A stretch of DNA of 64,000 nucleotides from Squalus acanthias (taxonomy: Eukaryota). Numbering within the stretch: the first letter of the stretch is position 1; each line of letters starts with the position of its first letter. Below the pieces are notes generated by a model that had not been told where the DNA came from, did not search any database, and saw only the letters and a list, made by a program, of their open reading frames with translations. This document shows, in pieces, positions 25,201 through 37,099 of this stretch. Position numbers and translations under genes: made by a program. The stretch spans positions 124,001 through 188,000 of the forward strand of contig JASTWF010000348.1 in assembly GCA_030390025.1 (NCBI GenBank), read 5' to 3'.

Positions 25201-26130
25201 GTGTGGAGTATATGAGAGAGTGTTACAGTGAGGCATGTCGGGTATATCAGAGTGTGTTACAGTAGGGGTGTGGGGTATATCAGAGAGTGTTACAGTGAGG
25301 GGTGTGGGTTTTATCAGTGTGTTACAGTGAGGGGTGTGGGTTATATCAGTGTGTTACAGTGAGGGATGTGGGGTATATCAGTGTGTTACAGTGAGGGGTG
25401 TGGGGTATATCAGAGAGTGTTACAGTGAGGGGTGTGGGGTATATCAGAGAGTGTTACAGTGAGGGGTGTCGGGTATATCAGAGAGTGTTACAGTGAGGGG
25501 TGTGGGGTATATCAGTGTTACAGTGAGGGGTGTCGGGTATATCAGAGAGTGTTACAGTGAGGGGTGTGGGGTATATCAGAGTGTTACAATGAGGGGTGTG
25601 GGGTATATCAGTGTGTTACAGTGAGGGGTGTGGGGTATATCAGAGTGTTACAGTGAGGGATGTGGGGTATATCAGTGTGTTACAGTGAGGGGTGTGGGGT
25701 ATATCAGAGAGTGTTACAGTGAGGGGTGTCGGGTATATCAGTGTTGCAGTGAGGTGTGTGGGGTATATCAGTGTTACAGTGAGGGGTGTCGGGTATATCA
25801 GAGTGTTACAGTGAGGGGTGTGGGGTATATCAGTGTGTTACAGTGAGGGATGTGGGGTATATCCGAGTGTTACAGTGAGGGGTGTGGGGTATATCAGTGT
25901 GTTACAGTGAGGGATGTGGGGTATATCAGTGTGTTACAGTGAGGGGTGTGGGGTATATCAGAGAGTGTTACAGTGAGGGGTGTCGGGTATATCAGTGTTG
26001 CAGTGAGGTGTGTGGGGTATATCAGTGTTACAGTGAGGGGTGTCGGGTATATCAGTGTGTTACAGTGAGGGATGTGGGGTATATCAGTGTGTTACAGTGA
26101 GGGGGGTCGGGTATATCAGAGTATTAGAGT
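16292..26130 (+). repeat. 32/34-bp G-rich minisatellite (about 7.8 kb net), interrupted by a CR1
   Basis: Unit GTGTTACAGTGAGGGGTGTGGGGTATATCAGA. Confidence 0.97.
16380..18440 (-). mobile_element. Young 5'-truncated CR1 LINE with an uninterrupted 651-aa RT-containing ORF
   Basis: ORF 16477..18432 (YRPVSLTS, LDFQKAFDKV, GVPQGSVLGP, FADD), (TATCTATG)n tail, flanked by AGTGTTACA on both sides. Confidence 0.96.
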
Positions 26131-26397
26131 GAAGCGCAGACATGTGTAGCTCTTTGATATGATGACGGTCTCTGATTCCGCCCGCTGTGTGCTTCTCGGC
26201 CCACCCTGCTGTCGCTGTTGCCATGTCCTTGTATCAAGGTTGATGCATTGTACACAGGCTGTTGCTTTTCCTGATACTGACAGCTGTCAGGAACTGCACT
26301 CAACCACTATCCGAACCGTAGGTGTGCATTCCGTCCCGTCGCCTGATGTCTTCCATCCCAGAATTTCCCGCTCCGTCGGAAGTCCTTACTTGCGGTC

Positions 26398-26857
26398 GTT
26401 ACAACAACAACAACAACAACGTTCGTTTATATAGCACCTTTAATGTCGTAAAATGTGAGCTTCACAGTAGAAAATGATCAGACACAACTCGACACCGAGC
26501 CACTTAAGGAGATGTTAGGACAGGATATCAAAAGCCTGGTCAAAGAGGCAGGTTTTAAGGAGCGTCTGAAAGGAGGAGGAGAGAGGCGGAGAGGTTTAGG
26601 GAGGGAATTCCAGAGCTTGGGGCCCAGGCAGCTGAAGTCACGGCCACCAATGGTGGGCCGATTAAAATCGGGGGATGGACAAGAGGCCAGAATTGGAGGA
26701 GCGCAGAGATCTGGGAGGGTCAGAGGTCTGTCGGAGGTCACAGAGACAGGGAGGGGCGAGGCCGTGGAGGGATTTGAACACGAGGATGAGAATGTTACAA
26801 TCGAGGCGTTGCCGGACTGGCAGCCAATGTAGGTCAGCGAGCACAGGGGGTGATGGC
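26398..26857 (-). mobile_element. L2 LINE 3' fragment with (TTG)n tail
   Basis: VLADLHWLPVRQRLDCNIL...TIGGRDFSCLGPKLWNSLP. Confidence 0.85.
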
Positions 26858-26949
26858 TGAACGCTGGAGTTACCGATCGACCGATGGCGGGTGGGCGTTC
26901 ATCCCCTCTTGCGATCCCTGTTCACGTGATTTTCGGGCTCACGTCGACA

Positions 26950-28590
26950 GGGAGGGGAGGAGTCCAACAGTGCTGAGGGAGGAGAGGAGTCCCACAGTGC
27001 TGAGTGAGGGGAGGAGTCGCACAGTGCTGAGGGAGGGGAGGAGTCCCACAGTGCTGAGGGAGGGGAGGAGTCCCACAGTGCTGAGGGAGGGGAGGAGTCC
27101 CACAGTGCTGAGGGAGGGGAGGAGTCCCACAGTGCTGAGGGAGAGGAGACTGAGGGAGGGGAGGAGTCCCACAGTGCTGAGGGAGGGGAGGAGACCCACA
27201 GTGCTGAGGGAGGGGAGACTGAGGGAGGGGAGGAGTCCCACAGTGCTGAGTGAGGGGAGAGTGAGGGAGGGGAGGAGTCCCACAGTGCTGAGGGAGGGGA
27301 GGCTGAGGGGAGGAGTCCCACAGTGCTGAGGGAGGGGAGACTGAGGGAGGGGAGGAGTCCCACAGTGCTGAGGGAGGGGAGACTGAGGGAGGGGAGGAGT
27401 CGCACAGTGCTGAGGGAGGGGAGACTGAGGGAGGGGAGGAGTCCCACAGTGCTGAGGGAGGGGAGACTGAGGGAGGGGAGGAGTCCCACAGTGTTGAGGG
27501 AGGGGAGTCTGAGGGAGGGGAGGAGTCACACAGTGCTGAGGGAGGGGAGGAGTCCCACAGTGCTGAGGGAGGGGAGACTGAGGGAGGGGAGGAGTCCCAC
27601 AGTGCTGAGGGAGGGGAGACTGAGGGAGGGGAGGAGTCCCACAGTGCTGAGGGAGGGGAGACTGAGGGAGGGGAGGAGTCCCACAGTGCTGAGGGAGGGG
27701 AGGAGTCCCACAGTGCTGAGGGAGGGGAGACTGAGGGAGGGGAGGAGTCCCACAGTGCTGAGGGAGGGAAGACTGAGGGAGGGGAGGAGTCCCACAGTGC
27801 TGAGGGAGGGGAGACTGAGGGAGGGGAGGAGTCCCACAGTGCTGAGGGAGGGGAGGAGTCCCACAGTGCTGAGGGTGGGGAGACTGAGGGAGGGGAGGAG
27901 TCCCACAGTGCTGAGGGAGGGGAGGAGTCCCACAGTGCTGAGGGTGGGGAGACTGAGGGAGGGGAGGAGTCCCACAGTGCTGAGGGTGGGGAGGCTGTGG
28001 GAGGGGAGGAGCCCACAGTGCTGAGGTAGAGGGAGAGTGAGGGAGGGGAGGAGACCCACAGTGCTGAGGTAGAGGGAGAGTGAGGGAGGGGAGGAGTCCC
28101 ACAGTGCTGAGGGAGGGGAGACTGAGGGAGGGGAGGAGTCCCACAGGGCTGAGGGAGGGGAGGAGTCCCACAGTGCTGAGGGAGGGGAGACTGAGGGAGG
28201 GGAGGAGTCCCACAGTGCTGAGGGAGGGGAGACTGAGGGAGGGGAGGAGTCCCACAGTGCTGAGGGAGGGGAGGAGTCCCACAGTGCTGAGGGAGGGGAG
28301 GAGTCCCACAGTGCTGAGGGAGGGGAGGAGTCCCACAGTGCTGAGGGAGGGGAGGAGTCCCACAGTGCTGAGGGAGGGGAGACTGTGGGAGGGGAGGAGT
28401 CCCACAGTGCTGGGGGAGGGGAGACTGAGGGAGGGGAGGAGTCCCACAGTGCTGAGGGAGGGGAGACTGAGGGAGGGGAGGAGTCCCACAGTGCTGAGGG
28501 AGGGGAGACTGTGGGAGGGGAGGAGTCCCACAGTGCTGGGGGAGGGGAGACTGAGGGAGGGGAGGAGTCCCACAGTGCTGAGGGCGAGGG
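26950..28590 (+). repeat. Composite 27-bp + 15-bp G-rich minisatellite
   Basis: Units GGGAGGGGAGGAGTCCCACAGTGCTGA and GGGAGGGGAGACTGA. Confidence 0.95.
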
Positions 28591-29196
28591 AGAGTGAGGA
28601 GGGAGGGTGAGTATTCCGGGGGATTTGGAGGGACATGCATGAGAAGGTGCAGAGGAGCACTGGTGAAGAATAGGATCGAGAAGAGAGAGGGAGAGAGAGG
28701 CTGGGCTCAGAGACATGACGCTCCTGGCTTTAGGGCCCTTTCAGTCACGTGTTGACTGCAGGCATCCTCCAAGGTCTTTCACATTGGTGTGTAAATGCCA
28801 TTTGTCACACAACAGTGCTCGAGTGGGTTCAGGGCATCACGAGCGATGAAGACAAGGAGAGGACATCTGTCTCTATAGAGCCGGTGTGTCATTTCCAAGG
28901 AAATCTATTATTGTTAGGGATCCTTCATTTTTCAGAGGACTTAGTGAAGTTCAATCGCCATGGAAACTGTTGTGTGCGGCCTATTCAGCGTTGCCTTGAA
29001 ATGTGTTGGCTTATCCCCCTCCTTGTCCCCCTCCTCCTTCTCCGCCTTACCGAACCAATAGAACAAGATGGAGAATCATTGATTGTCAACCGTGACAAGG
29101 CCCCAGGCCCCACAGCCAAGGACACCCGCCATGCTCGTGAAGACCGGGAGAGGGGATCAGTTAAAGAGTGGTGTTTAGGTGAGGCCCAGTTTGGTT

Positions 29197-30736
29197 AAGA
29201 AAGAAAAGGAGAGAAAGAGAGAGAGAAAGAAAGAGAGAGAGAAAAGTGAGAAAGAAAGAATAGAGAGAAAGAAAGAAATAAAGGAAATAGAGAAAGAAAG
29301 AAAGGAAAGAGAAAGAGAGAAAGAGAAAGAAAGAGAGAAAGAAAGAAATAAAGGAAATAGAGAAAGAAAGAGAGAGAAAGAAAGAAATAAAGGAAATAGA
29401 GAGAGAAAGAGAGAGAAAGAAAGAAAGAGAGAAAGAAAGGAAAGAGAGAGAGAGAGAGAGAAAGAGAGAAAGAAAGAAAACAGAGAGAGAAAGAGAGAGA
29501 GAAAGAAAGAAAGGAAAGAGAGAGAGAGAAAGAGAGAGAGAAAGAAAGAAAGAAAGGAAAGAGAGAGAGAAAGAGAGAGAAAGAAAGAAAGAGAGAAAGA
29601 AAGGAAAGAGAGAGAGAGAGAGAAAGAGAGAAAGAAAGAAAACAGAGAGAGAAAGAGAGAGAGAAAGAAAGAAAGGAAAGAGAGAGAGAGAAAGAGAGAG
29701 AGAAAGAAAGAAAGAAAGGAAAGAGAGAGAGAAAGAGAGAGAAAGAAAGAAAGAGAGAAAGAAAGGAAAGAGAGAGAGAGAGAGAGAAAGAGAGAAAGAA
29801 AGAAAACAGAGAGAGAGAAAGAGAGAAAGAAAGAAAGGAAAGAGAGAGAGAAAGAGAGAGAGAGAAAGAGAGAGAGAAAGAGAGAGAAAGAGAGAAAGAA
29901 AGGAAAGAGAGAGAGAAAGAGAGAAAGAGAGAGAGAAAGAGAGAAAGAAAGAAAGGAAAGAGAGAGAGAGAAAGAGAGAGAGAAAGAGAGAAAGAAAGAA
30001 AGGAAAGAGAGAGAGAAAGAGAGAGAGAGAAAGAGAGAGAGAAAGAGAGAGAAAGAGAGAAAGAAAGGAAAGAGAGAGAGAAAGAGAGAAAGAGAGAGAG
30101 AAAGAGAAAGAGAGAGAAAGAGAGAAAGAAAGAAAGGAAAGAGAGAGAAAGAAAAGAAAGAGAGAAAGAAAAGAAAGAGAGCAAAAGAAAGAAAGAGAGA
30201 AAGAGAGAGAGAGAGAAGAGAGAAAGAAAGAAAGGAAAGAGAGAGAAAGAAAAGAAAGAGAGCGAAAGAAAGAAAGAGAGAAAGAGAGAGAGAAAGAGAA
30301 AGAGAGAGAAAGAGAGAAAGAAAGAAAGGAAAGAGAGAGAAAGAAAAGAAAGAGAGAGAAAGAAAAGAAAGAGAGCGAAAGAAAGAAAGAAAGAGAGAAA
30401 GAAAGAAACAAATAAAGAAGGAAAGAAAGAAAGATAGAAAGAAAGAGAGAAAGAAATAAATAAAGGAAAGAGAGAGAAAGAGAGAGAGAAAGAAAGGAAA
30501 GAAAGAGAGAGAGAAAGAAAGGAAAGAAAGAGAGAAAGAAAAAAGAGAGAGAAAGAAAAGAAAGAGAGAGAGAAAGGAAAGAGAGAAAGAAAGAAAGGAA
30601 AGAAAGAGAGAGAGAAAGAAAGAAAGAGGGAGAGAAAGAGAGAGAGAAAGAAGGAAAGAAAGAGAGAGAGAGAAAGAAAGAGAGAACGAAAGAAAGAGAG
30701 AGAAAGAAAAGAAAGAGAGAGAAAGAAAGAAAGGAA

Positions 30737-30767
<31 letters not shown>

Positions 30768-30782
30768 AAGAGAAAGAAAGAA
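29197..30782 (+). repeat. Polypurine (GA/GAAA)n tract, about 1.6 kb
   Basis: Almost only A and G on the + strand. Confidence 0.97.
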
Positions 30783-30817
30783 TTAATTACATTTCTACAG
30801 CGCCATACGCACCCTTA

Positions 30818-31427
30818 GGGCTGGATTTTGTCTTGGGGTCGGGTTGGGGTCGTGTCATCCGCATTTCGTGTTTCCCCCCCGACTCCAGATTAATGTGGAT
30901 GAATGATGCAATTTTCACTTAATTGGGCAATTGAGTTCCAGCATGTGGGAACCCATGAACTAATTAGTGTTTTCAGTCTGAAAGTCGCCTCTGATGATGT
31001 CATCATTGCTGACTGCCTGGTCTAAGAGACTGTCTGGCTGTTGGTGAGAGAGGACGTGCCTGGCTTTTGATGTGAGTGGACCTGGATGCAAAATGTGGAG
31101 AGAGAGAGAGAGAGAGAGAATGAGAGAATTTTTTTCCATCCAAGTCCTCTCACAGCAAAGGTCAGGCAGTCTCTGAAGACATTCAATGCAGCAGCATCAG
31201 AGGCGACTTTCAGACCTAATACTACTACTACCTTCATCACATCTCCGCTGTAATAGTGGACCTGCAGCTGATGGTCAGCTGTCCACTTGTGCTCCCGCCA
31301 GGTTTCACTGGCGTGTTTCACATCAGGTGTACTTCACGTCGGAAAAGGGTTAAACTAGCTTAAACGTTTCAAAATGGCATTACAGAGCCAATTTAGGGCT
31401 TGTTAAGGGCTTTAATGGCCTCTCCCG
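30818..31427 (+). mobile_element. Harbinger/PIF-like non-autonomous TIR element (left part)
   Basis: Starts TTA|GGGCTGGATTTT. Homologous to 48438-48700 and 53357-54079; the latter ends AAAATCCAGCCC. Confidence 0.7.
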
Positions 31428-31521
31428 TGAGGTGTGATAAAGGGCAGTTAGAAAGATTAACTGTAATCATCTGGCAGTGTTCTCTGACTATATATGCTGT
31501 GCCTATACGCATCTCTTCACT

Positions 31522-31559
31522 TCACCTGACGAAGGAGCAGCCGCTCCGAAAGCTTGTGA
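31522..31559 (+). ncRNA. Minimal type I hammerhead ribozyme motif in a PLE terminal fragment (about 31515-31612)
   Basis: UCAC-CUGACGA-A-GGAGC(AGCC)GCUCC-GAAA-GC-UU-GUGA. Confidence 0.75.
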
Positions 31560-31612
31560 TTTCAAATAAAGCTGTTGGACTATAACCTGGTGTTGTGCGA
31601 CTTCTCACATTT

Positions 31613-33275
31613 GTCTTCCTCAGAGGGCGGTGGAAGCGGAGTCTATGAATATTTTGAAGGCAGAGGTAGATAGATTCTTGATAAGCAAGGGGGTGAAAGG
31701 TTATCGGGGGTAGGCGGGAATGTGGAGTAATCAGATCAGCCATGATCTTACTGAATGGCGGAGCAGGCTTGAGGGGCCGAGTGGCCTACTGCTGCTCCTG
31801 ATTCATAGGTTCGTATTGGATTTATTAATGACTATCTTACATTTACGGCCCCTAGTTTTGGACTCCCCCACAAGTGGAAACACTTTCTCTACGTCTACCC
31901 TATCGAACCTCTTTCATAATCTTAAATGTCAGGTTACCCCCTCAGTCTTCCCTTTTCTAGAGAAAAGAGCCCCAGTCTGGTTCAGTCTTTCCTGATGGGT
32001 ACAACCTCTCAGTTCTGGTGCCATCCTTGTGAATCCTTTTTCCAGTGCCTCCTTGATAAGGTCCCGCATGGCAGACCGGTCACGAAAGTAAAAGCCCATG
32101 GGATCCAGGGCAAAGTGGCAAGTTGGATCCAAAATTGGCTCGGAGGCAGGGAGCAAAGGTCGAAGGCTGTTTCCAGTGGGGTTCCGCAGGGCTCAGTACT
32201 GGGTGCTTTGCTTTTTGTGGTCTATATCAACGATTTGGACTTGAATGTCGGAAGTTTGATTAAGAAGTTTGCAGATGATACTAACATAGGCCGTGTGGTT
32301 GCGAAATGAAGAAGGAAGCTGCAGACTGCAGGAAGATATCAATGGACTGGTCTGGTGGGCAGAACAGTGGCAAATGGAATTCAATCCGGAGAAGTGTGAG
32401 CTAATGCATTTGGGGAGGGCTAACAAGGCAAGGGAATACACAATAAATGGTAGGTCACTGAGAAGTGCAGAGGATCAGAGGAACCTTGGAGTACATGTCC
32501 ACAGATCCCTGAAGGTAGCAGGCCAGGTAGATAAGGCGGTTAAGAAGGCATACGGGATACTTGCCTTTATTAGCTGAGGCATAGAATATAAGAGCAGGGG
32601 GGGTTATGCTTGAACTGTATAAAACACTAGTTAGGCCTCAGCTAGAATACTGCGTGCAGTTCTGGTCACCACATTACAGGAAGAATGTGATTGCACTAGA
32701 GAGGGTGCAGAGGAGATTTACGAGGATGTTGCTTGGGCTGGAGAATTTTAGCTATGAGGAAAGATTGGATAGGTTGGGGTTGTTTTCTTTGGAACAGAGG
32801 AGGCTGAGGGGAGACCAAATTGAGGTGTATAAAATTATGAGGGGCCTAGATAGAGTGGACAGGAAGGACCTATTTCCCTTAGCAGAAGGGTCAATAACCA
32901 GGGGGCAAAGATTTAAAGTAATTGGTAGGAGGTTTAGAGGGGAGTTGAGGGGAAATGTTTTCGCCCAGAGGGTGGTGGGGGTCTGGAACTCACTGCCTGA
33001 AAGGGTGGTAGAGGCAGAAACCCTCATCGCATTTAAAAAGTACTTGGATATGCACTTGAAGTGCCGTAACCTCCAGGGCTACGGACCAAGAGCTGGGAAG
33101 TGGGATTAGGCTGGAGAGCTCTTTGTCGGCCGGCACAGACGTGATGGGCCGAATGGCCTCCTTCCGTGCTGTAAACCTCTCTGGTTCGATGATTCCATAT
33201 CCTTCTTGTAATATGGAGACCAGAACTGTCCACAGTACTCCAAGTGCGGTCTAACCACGGTTCGATACAGGTTTA
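31613..33275 (+). mobile_element. Cluster of CR1 fragments; main copy about 32052-33195 (+), small inverted piece about 31820-32050
   Basis: SGVPQGSVLG, KFADDT and LYKTLVRPQLEYCVQFWSP, with stops and frameshifts. Confidence 0.88.
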
Positions 33276-33444
33276 ACACAGCATAAGATGTGATGGAGAA
33301 AGATAAAGAGAGAGAGGATCGAAAAGATTAATTCTGAAGAGGAAGGGAGGAGAGGAATGTGTGTGGGAGGAGTGTGTGCACCATCAAGCAATTCTCTATT
33401 TTTCTTCTATGTCATCAAAGAAAGACATACAAGGAGAGACAGAC

Positions 33445-33780
33445 AAAGATATTAAGGGGAACAGATAGGGTAGATAGAGAGAAACTATTTCCGCTGGTTG
33501 GGGATTCTAGGACTCAGGGGTATAGTCTAAAAATTAGAGCCGGACCTTTCAGGAGTGAAGTTAGGAAACACTTCTACACACAAAGGGTGGTAGAAGTTTG
33601 AAACTCTCTTCCGCAAACAGCAGTTGGTGCTAGATCAATTGTTAATTTTAAATCGGAGCTTGATAGCTTTCTGTTAACCAAAGGTATCAAGGGACATGGG
33701 CCAAAGGTCGCAGATCAACCATGAATGGCTGAACAGGCTCGAGGGGCTGAATGGCCTCCTCCTTGTACCTATGTTCCTAG
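33445..33780 (+). mobile_element. CR1 3' fragment
   Basis: ILRGTDRVDREKLFPLVG...FYTQRVV, plus 3'UTR. Confidence 0.85.
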
Positions 33781-33947
33781 AAATACAAACAGAGAGCTTG
33801 AGACACACACACACACACACAGCAGACAATGAGAGACAGAGAGAGAGAGAGGGAGAGAGAGAGACAGAGAAAGAGACAGGGAGAGAGACAGAGATAGATG
33901 AAGATAGTGGGAGAGAGAGAAAGGGAGAAAGACAGAGTGTGAAAGAC

Positions 33948-36935
33948 AGAATCATAGAATCATAGAATGGTTACAGCACAGAAGGAGGCCATTCGGCCCG
34001 TCGAGCCCGTGCCGGCTCTCTGCAAGAGCACCTCAGCTAGTCCCACTCCCCCTGCCCTTTCCCCGTAGCCCTGCAAATTATTTTCCTTCAGGTACTTATC
34101 CAATTCCCTTTTGAAAGCCATGATTGAGTCTGCCTCCACCATCCTTTCAGGCAGTGCATTCCAGATCCTAACCACTTATGCGTAAAAAAGTTTTTCCTCA
34201 TGTCGTCTTTGGTTCTTCTGCCAATCACCTTAAATCTGTGTCCTCTGGTTCTCGACCCTTCCGCCAATGGGAACAGTTTCTCTCTATCTACTCTGCCCAG
34301 ACCCCTCATGATTTTGAACACCTCTATCAAATCTCCTCTCAACCTTCTCTGCTCGAAGGAGAACAACCCCAGCTTCTCCAGTCTATCCACGTAACTGAAG
34401 TCCCTCATCCCTGGAATCATTCTTGTAAATCTTTTCTGCACCCTCTCTAAGGCCTTCACATCCTTCCTAAAGTGCGGTGCCCAGAATTGGACACAATACT
34501 CCAGTTGAGGCCGAACCAGTGTTTTATAAAGGTTCATCATAACTTCCTTGCTTTTGTACTCTAGGCCTCTATTTATGAAGCCCAGGATCCCGTATGCTTT
34601 TTTAACCACTTTCTCAACCTGCCCTGCCACCTTCAACGATTTGTGCACATGTACCCCTAGGTCTCTCTGTTCCTGCACCCACTTTAGGATTGTACCATTT
34701 AGTTTATATTTCCTCTCCTCATTCTTCCTACCAAAATGTATCACTTCACACTTTTCAGCGTTAAATTTCATCTGCCACGTGTCCGCCCATTTCACCAGCC
34801 TGTCTATGTCCTCTTGAAATCTATCACTCTCCTCCTCACTGTTCACTATACTTCCAAGTTTTGTGTCATCTGCAAATTTTGAAATTGTGCCCTGTACACC
34901 TACATCCAAGTCATTAATATATATCAAGAAAAGCAGTGGTCCGAATACCGACCCCTGGGGAACACCACTGTATACCTTCCTCCAGTCCGAAAAACAACCG
35001 TTCACCACTACTCTCAGTTTCCTGTCACTTAGCCAATTCCGTATCCATGCTGCCACCGTCCCTTTTATTCCATGGGCTTCAACTTTGCTGGCAAGCCTAT
35101 TATGTGGCACTTTGTCGAACGCCTTTTGGAAATCTATGTACACCACATCAACCGCATTGCCCTCATCAACCCTCTCTGTTACCTCATCAAAAAACTCAAT
35201 CAAGTTGGTTAAACACGATTTGCCTTTAACAAATCCGTGCTGGCTTTCCTTAATTAATCCACAAATGTCCGAGTGACTGTTAATATTGTCCCTGATTATT
35301 GTTTCTAAAAGATTCCCCACTACCGAGGTTAAACTCACTGGCCTGTAGCTGCTGGGTTTATCTTTACACTCTTTTTTGAACAAGGGTGTAACATTTGCAA
35401 TTCTCCAGTCCTCTGGCACCACCCCCGTATCTAAGGAGTATTGGAAGATTATGGCCAGTACCTCCGCAATTTCTTCCTTCACTTCCCTCAATGTCTTAGG
35501 ATGCATCCCATCCGGTCCTGGTGACTTAACTACTTTAAGTACAGCCAGCCTTTCTAGTACCTCCTCCTTATCAATTTTTATCCCACCCAGTATCTGCTCT
35601 ACCTCATCCTTCACTATGTCTATGACAGTATCCTCTTCCTTGGTGAAGACAGATGCAAAGTACTCATTTAGTACCTCAGCCATACCCTCTGCCTCCATGC
35701 GTAGGTCTCCTTTTTGGTCCCTAATCGGCCCCACCCCTCCTCTTACTACCTGATGTAAGAAAACTACTAGGCACTTGGTCTAAGCATTAAACAAAGCTTT
35801 AATCAACTGTTTTTCAACATGGAGATCTAGTTGTGTCCTTCACTAGTACCTGTTGAGGAATGTCCTAAGCAAGCTGGGCCCATGCCCGAGTATTTATACT
35901 CTCCTGGACAGCGCCACCATCAGGCCGCCCAGTATTACTTCATACATGAATGACAAGATTCAGGTCACTACCCGTTTACTATTTATATGCCTATAGGAGA
36001 CTTTTGGATTACCTTTTATGTTAGCTGCCATTCTATTCTCATACCCTCTCTTCGCCCCTCTTATTTACTTTTTCACTTCTCCTCTGAACTTTCTATATTT
36101 AGCCTGATTCTCAGATGTATTCTCGACCTGACATCTGTCATACGCGCTCTTTTTCTGCTTCATCTTACTCTCTAACTCTTTCGTCATCCAGGGAGCTCTG
36201 ACTTTAGTTGCCTTACCTTTCCCCCTCGTGGGAATGTACCTCGACTGTATCTGAACCATCTCCTCTTTAAAGGCAGCCCATTGTTCCACCACAGTTTTGC
36301 CTGCCAATCTTCGATTCCAATTTACCCGGGCCAGATTCGTTCTCACCCCACTGAAATTGGCCTTCCCCCAGTTAAGTATTTTTACTCTAGATTGCTCCCT
36401 GTCCTTTTCCATAGCTAATCTAAACCTTATGATATTATGCTCACTGTTCCCTAAATGTTCCCCTACTGACACTTGCTCCACTTGACCTATCTCATTCCCC
36501 AGAACCAGATCCAGCAATGCCTCCTTCCTTGTTGGGCCGGAAACATACCGATCAAGAAAGTTCTCCTGAAGACACTTCAGAAATTCTTCCCCCTCTCTGC
36601 CCTTTACACTATTACTATCCCAGTCTATATTAGGTTAGTTGAAGTCTCCCATTATCACTACTCTATAGTACTTGCACCTCTCTGTAATTTCTCTGCAAAT
36701 TTGCTCCTCCATATTTTTCCCACTAGTTGGTGGCCTATAGAATACACCTAGTAGTGTAATGGCACCTCTATTATTTCTTAACTCTAGCCATATAGATTCT
36801 GTCCTTGACCCCTCCAGGACATCCTCTCTCTCCAGCACTGTAACATTCTCCTTAACCAGTACTGCCACACCACCTCCGATCTTTCCTTCCCGATCTTTCC
36901 TGATATACCTTATATCCAAGAATATTTAATACCTA
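33948..36935 (-). mobile_element. Long degenerate CR1 ORF2 (AP endonuclease part + RT), interrupted by a solo LTR
   Basis: GGGVAVLVKE...YRPP...GDFN, LDLVLGNE, RT ORF 34088..35734 and (ATTCTATG)n tail. Confidence 0.93.
35751..35967 (-). mobile_element. Solo LTR (217 bp) with 5-bp TSD CTACC
   Basis: TGA...TCA termini, TATAAATA box and ATTAAA. TSD at 35746-35750 and 35968-35972. Confidence 0.85.
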
Positions 36936-37099
36936 ATCCTTTGCTCCCTCTACACTGTCCCAACAACAATTAAGAAGACTTTAAAGATTTCTCGAGAATC
37001 TTGATGTTAATTGAAGCAGAAATGAGAACAGTTCCTCGGTTCAATTATGCAATGAATAGGTTAAGTCAGAAAGATTTACTCACCACTTCTAGATACATT

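Noticed and set aside
28700..29196. 149-aa ORF or missing NFATC4 exon in unique sequence
   Set aside because: No recognisable domain or NFAT motif and no convincing splice pair. It might still be conserved non-coding DNA.
26850..30459. Long ORFs of 200-570 aa (PQHCGTPPL, REGRSPTVL, ERKRE and SLSF repeats)
   Set aside because: These are translations of stop-free tandem repeats, with no splice or domain support.
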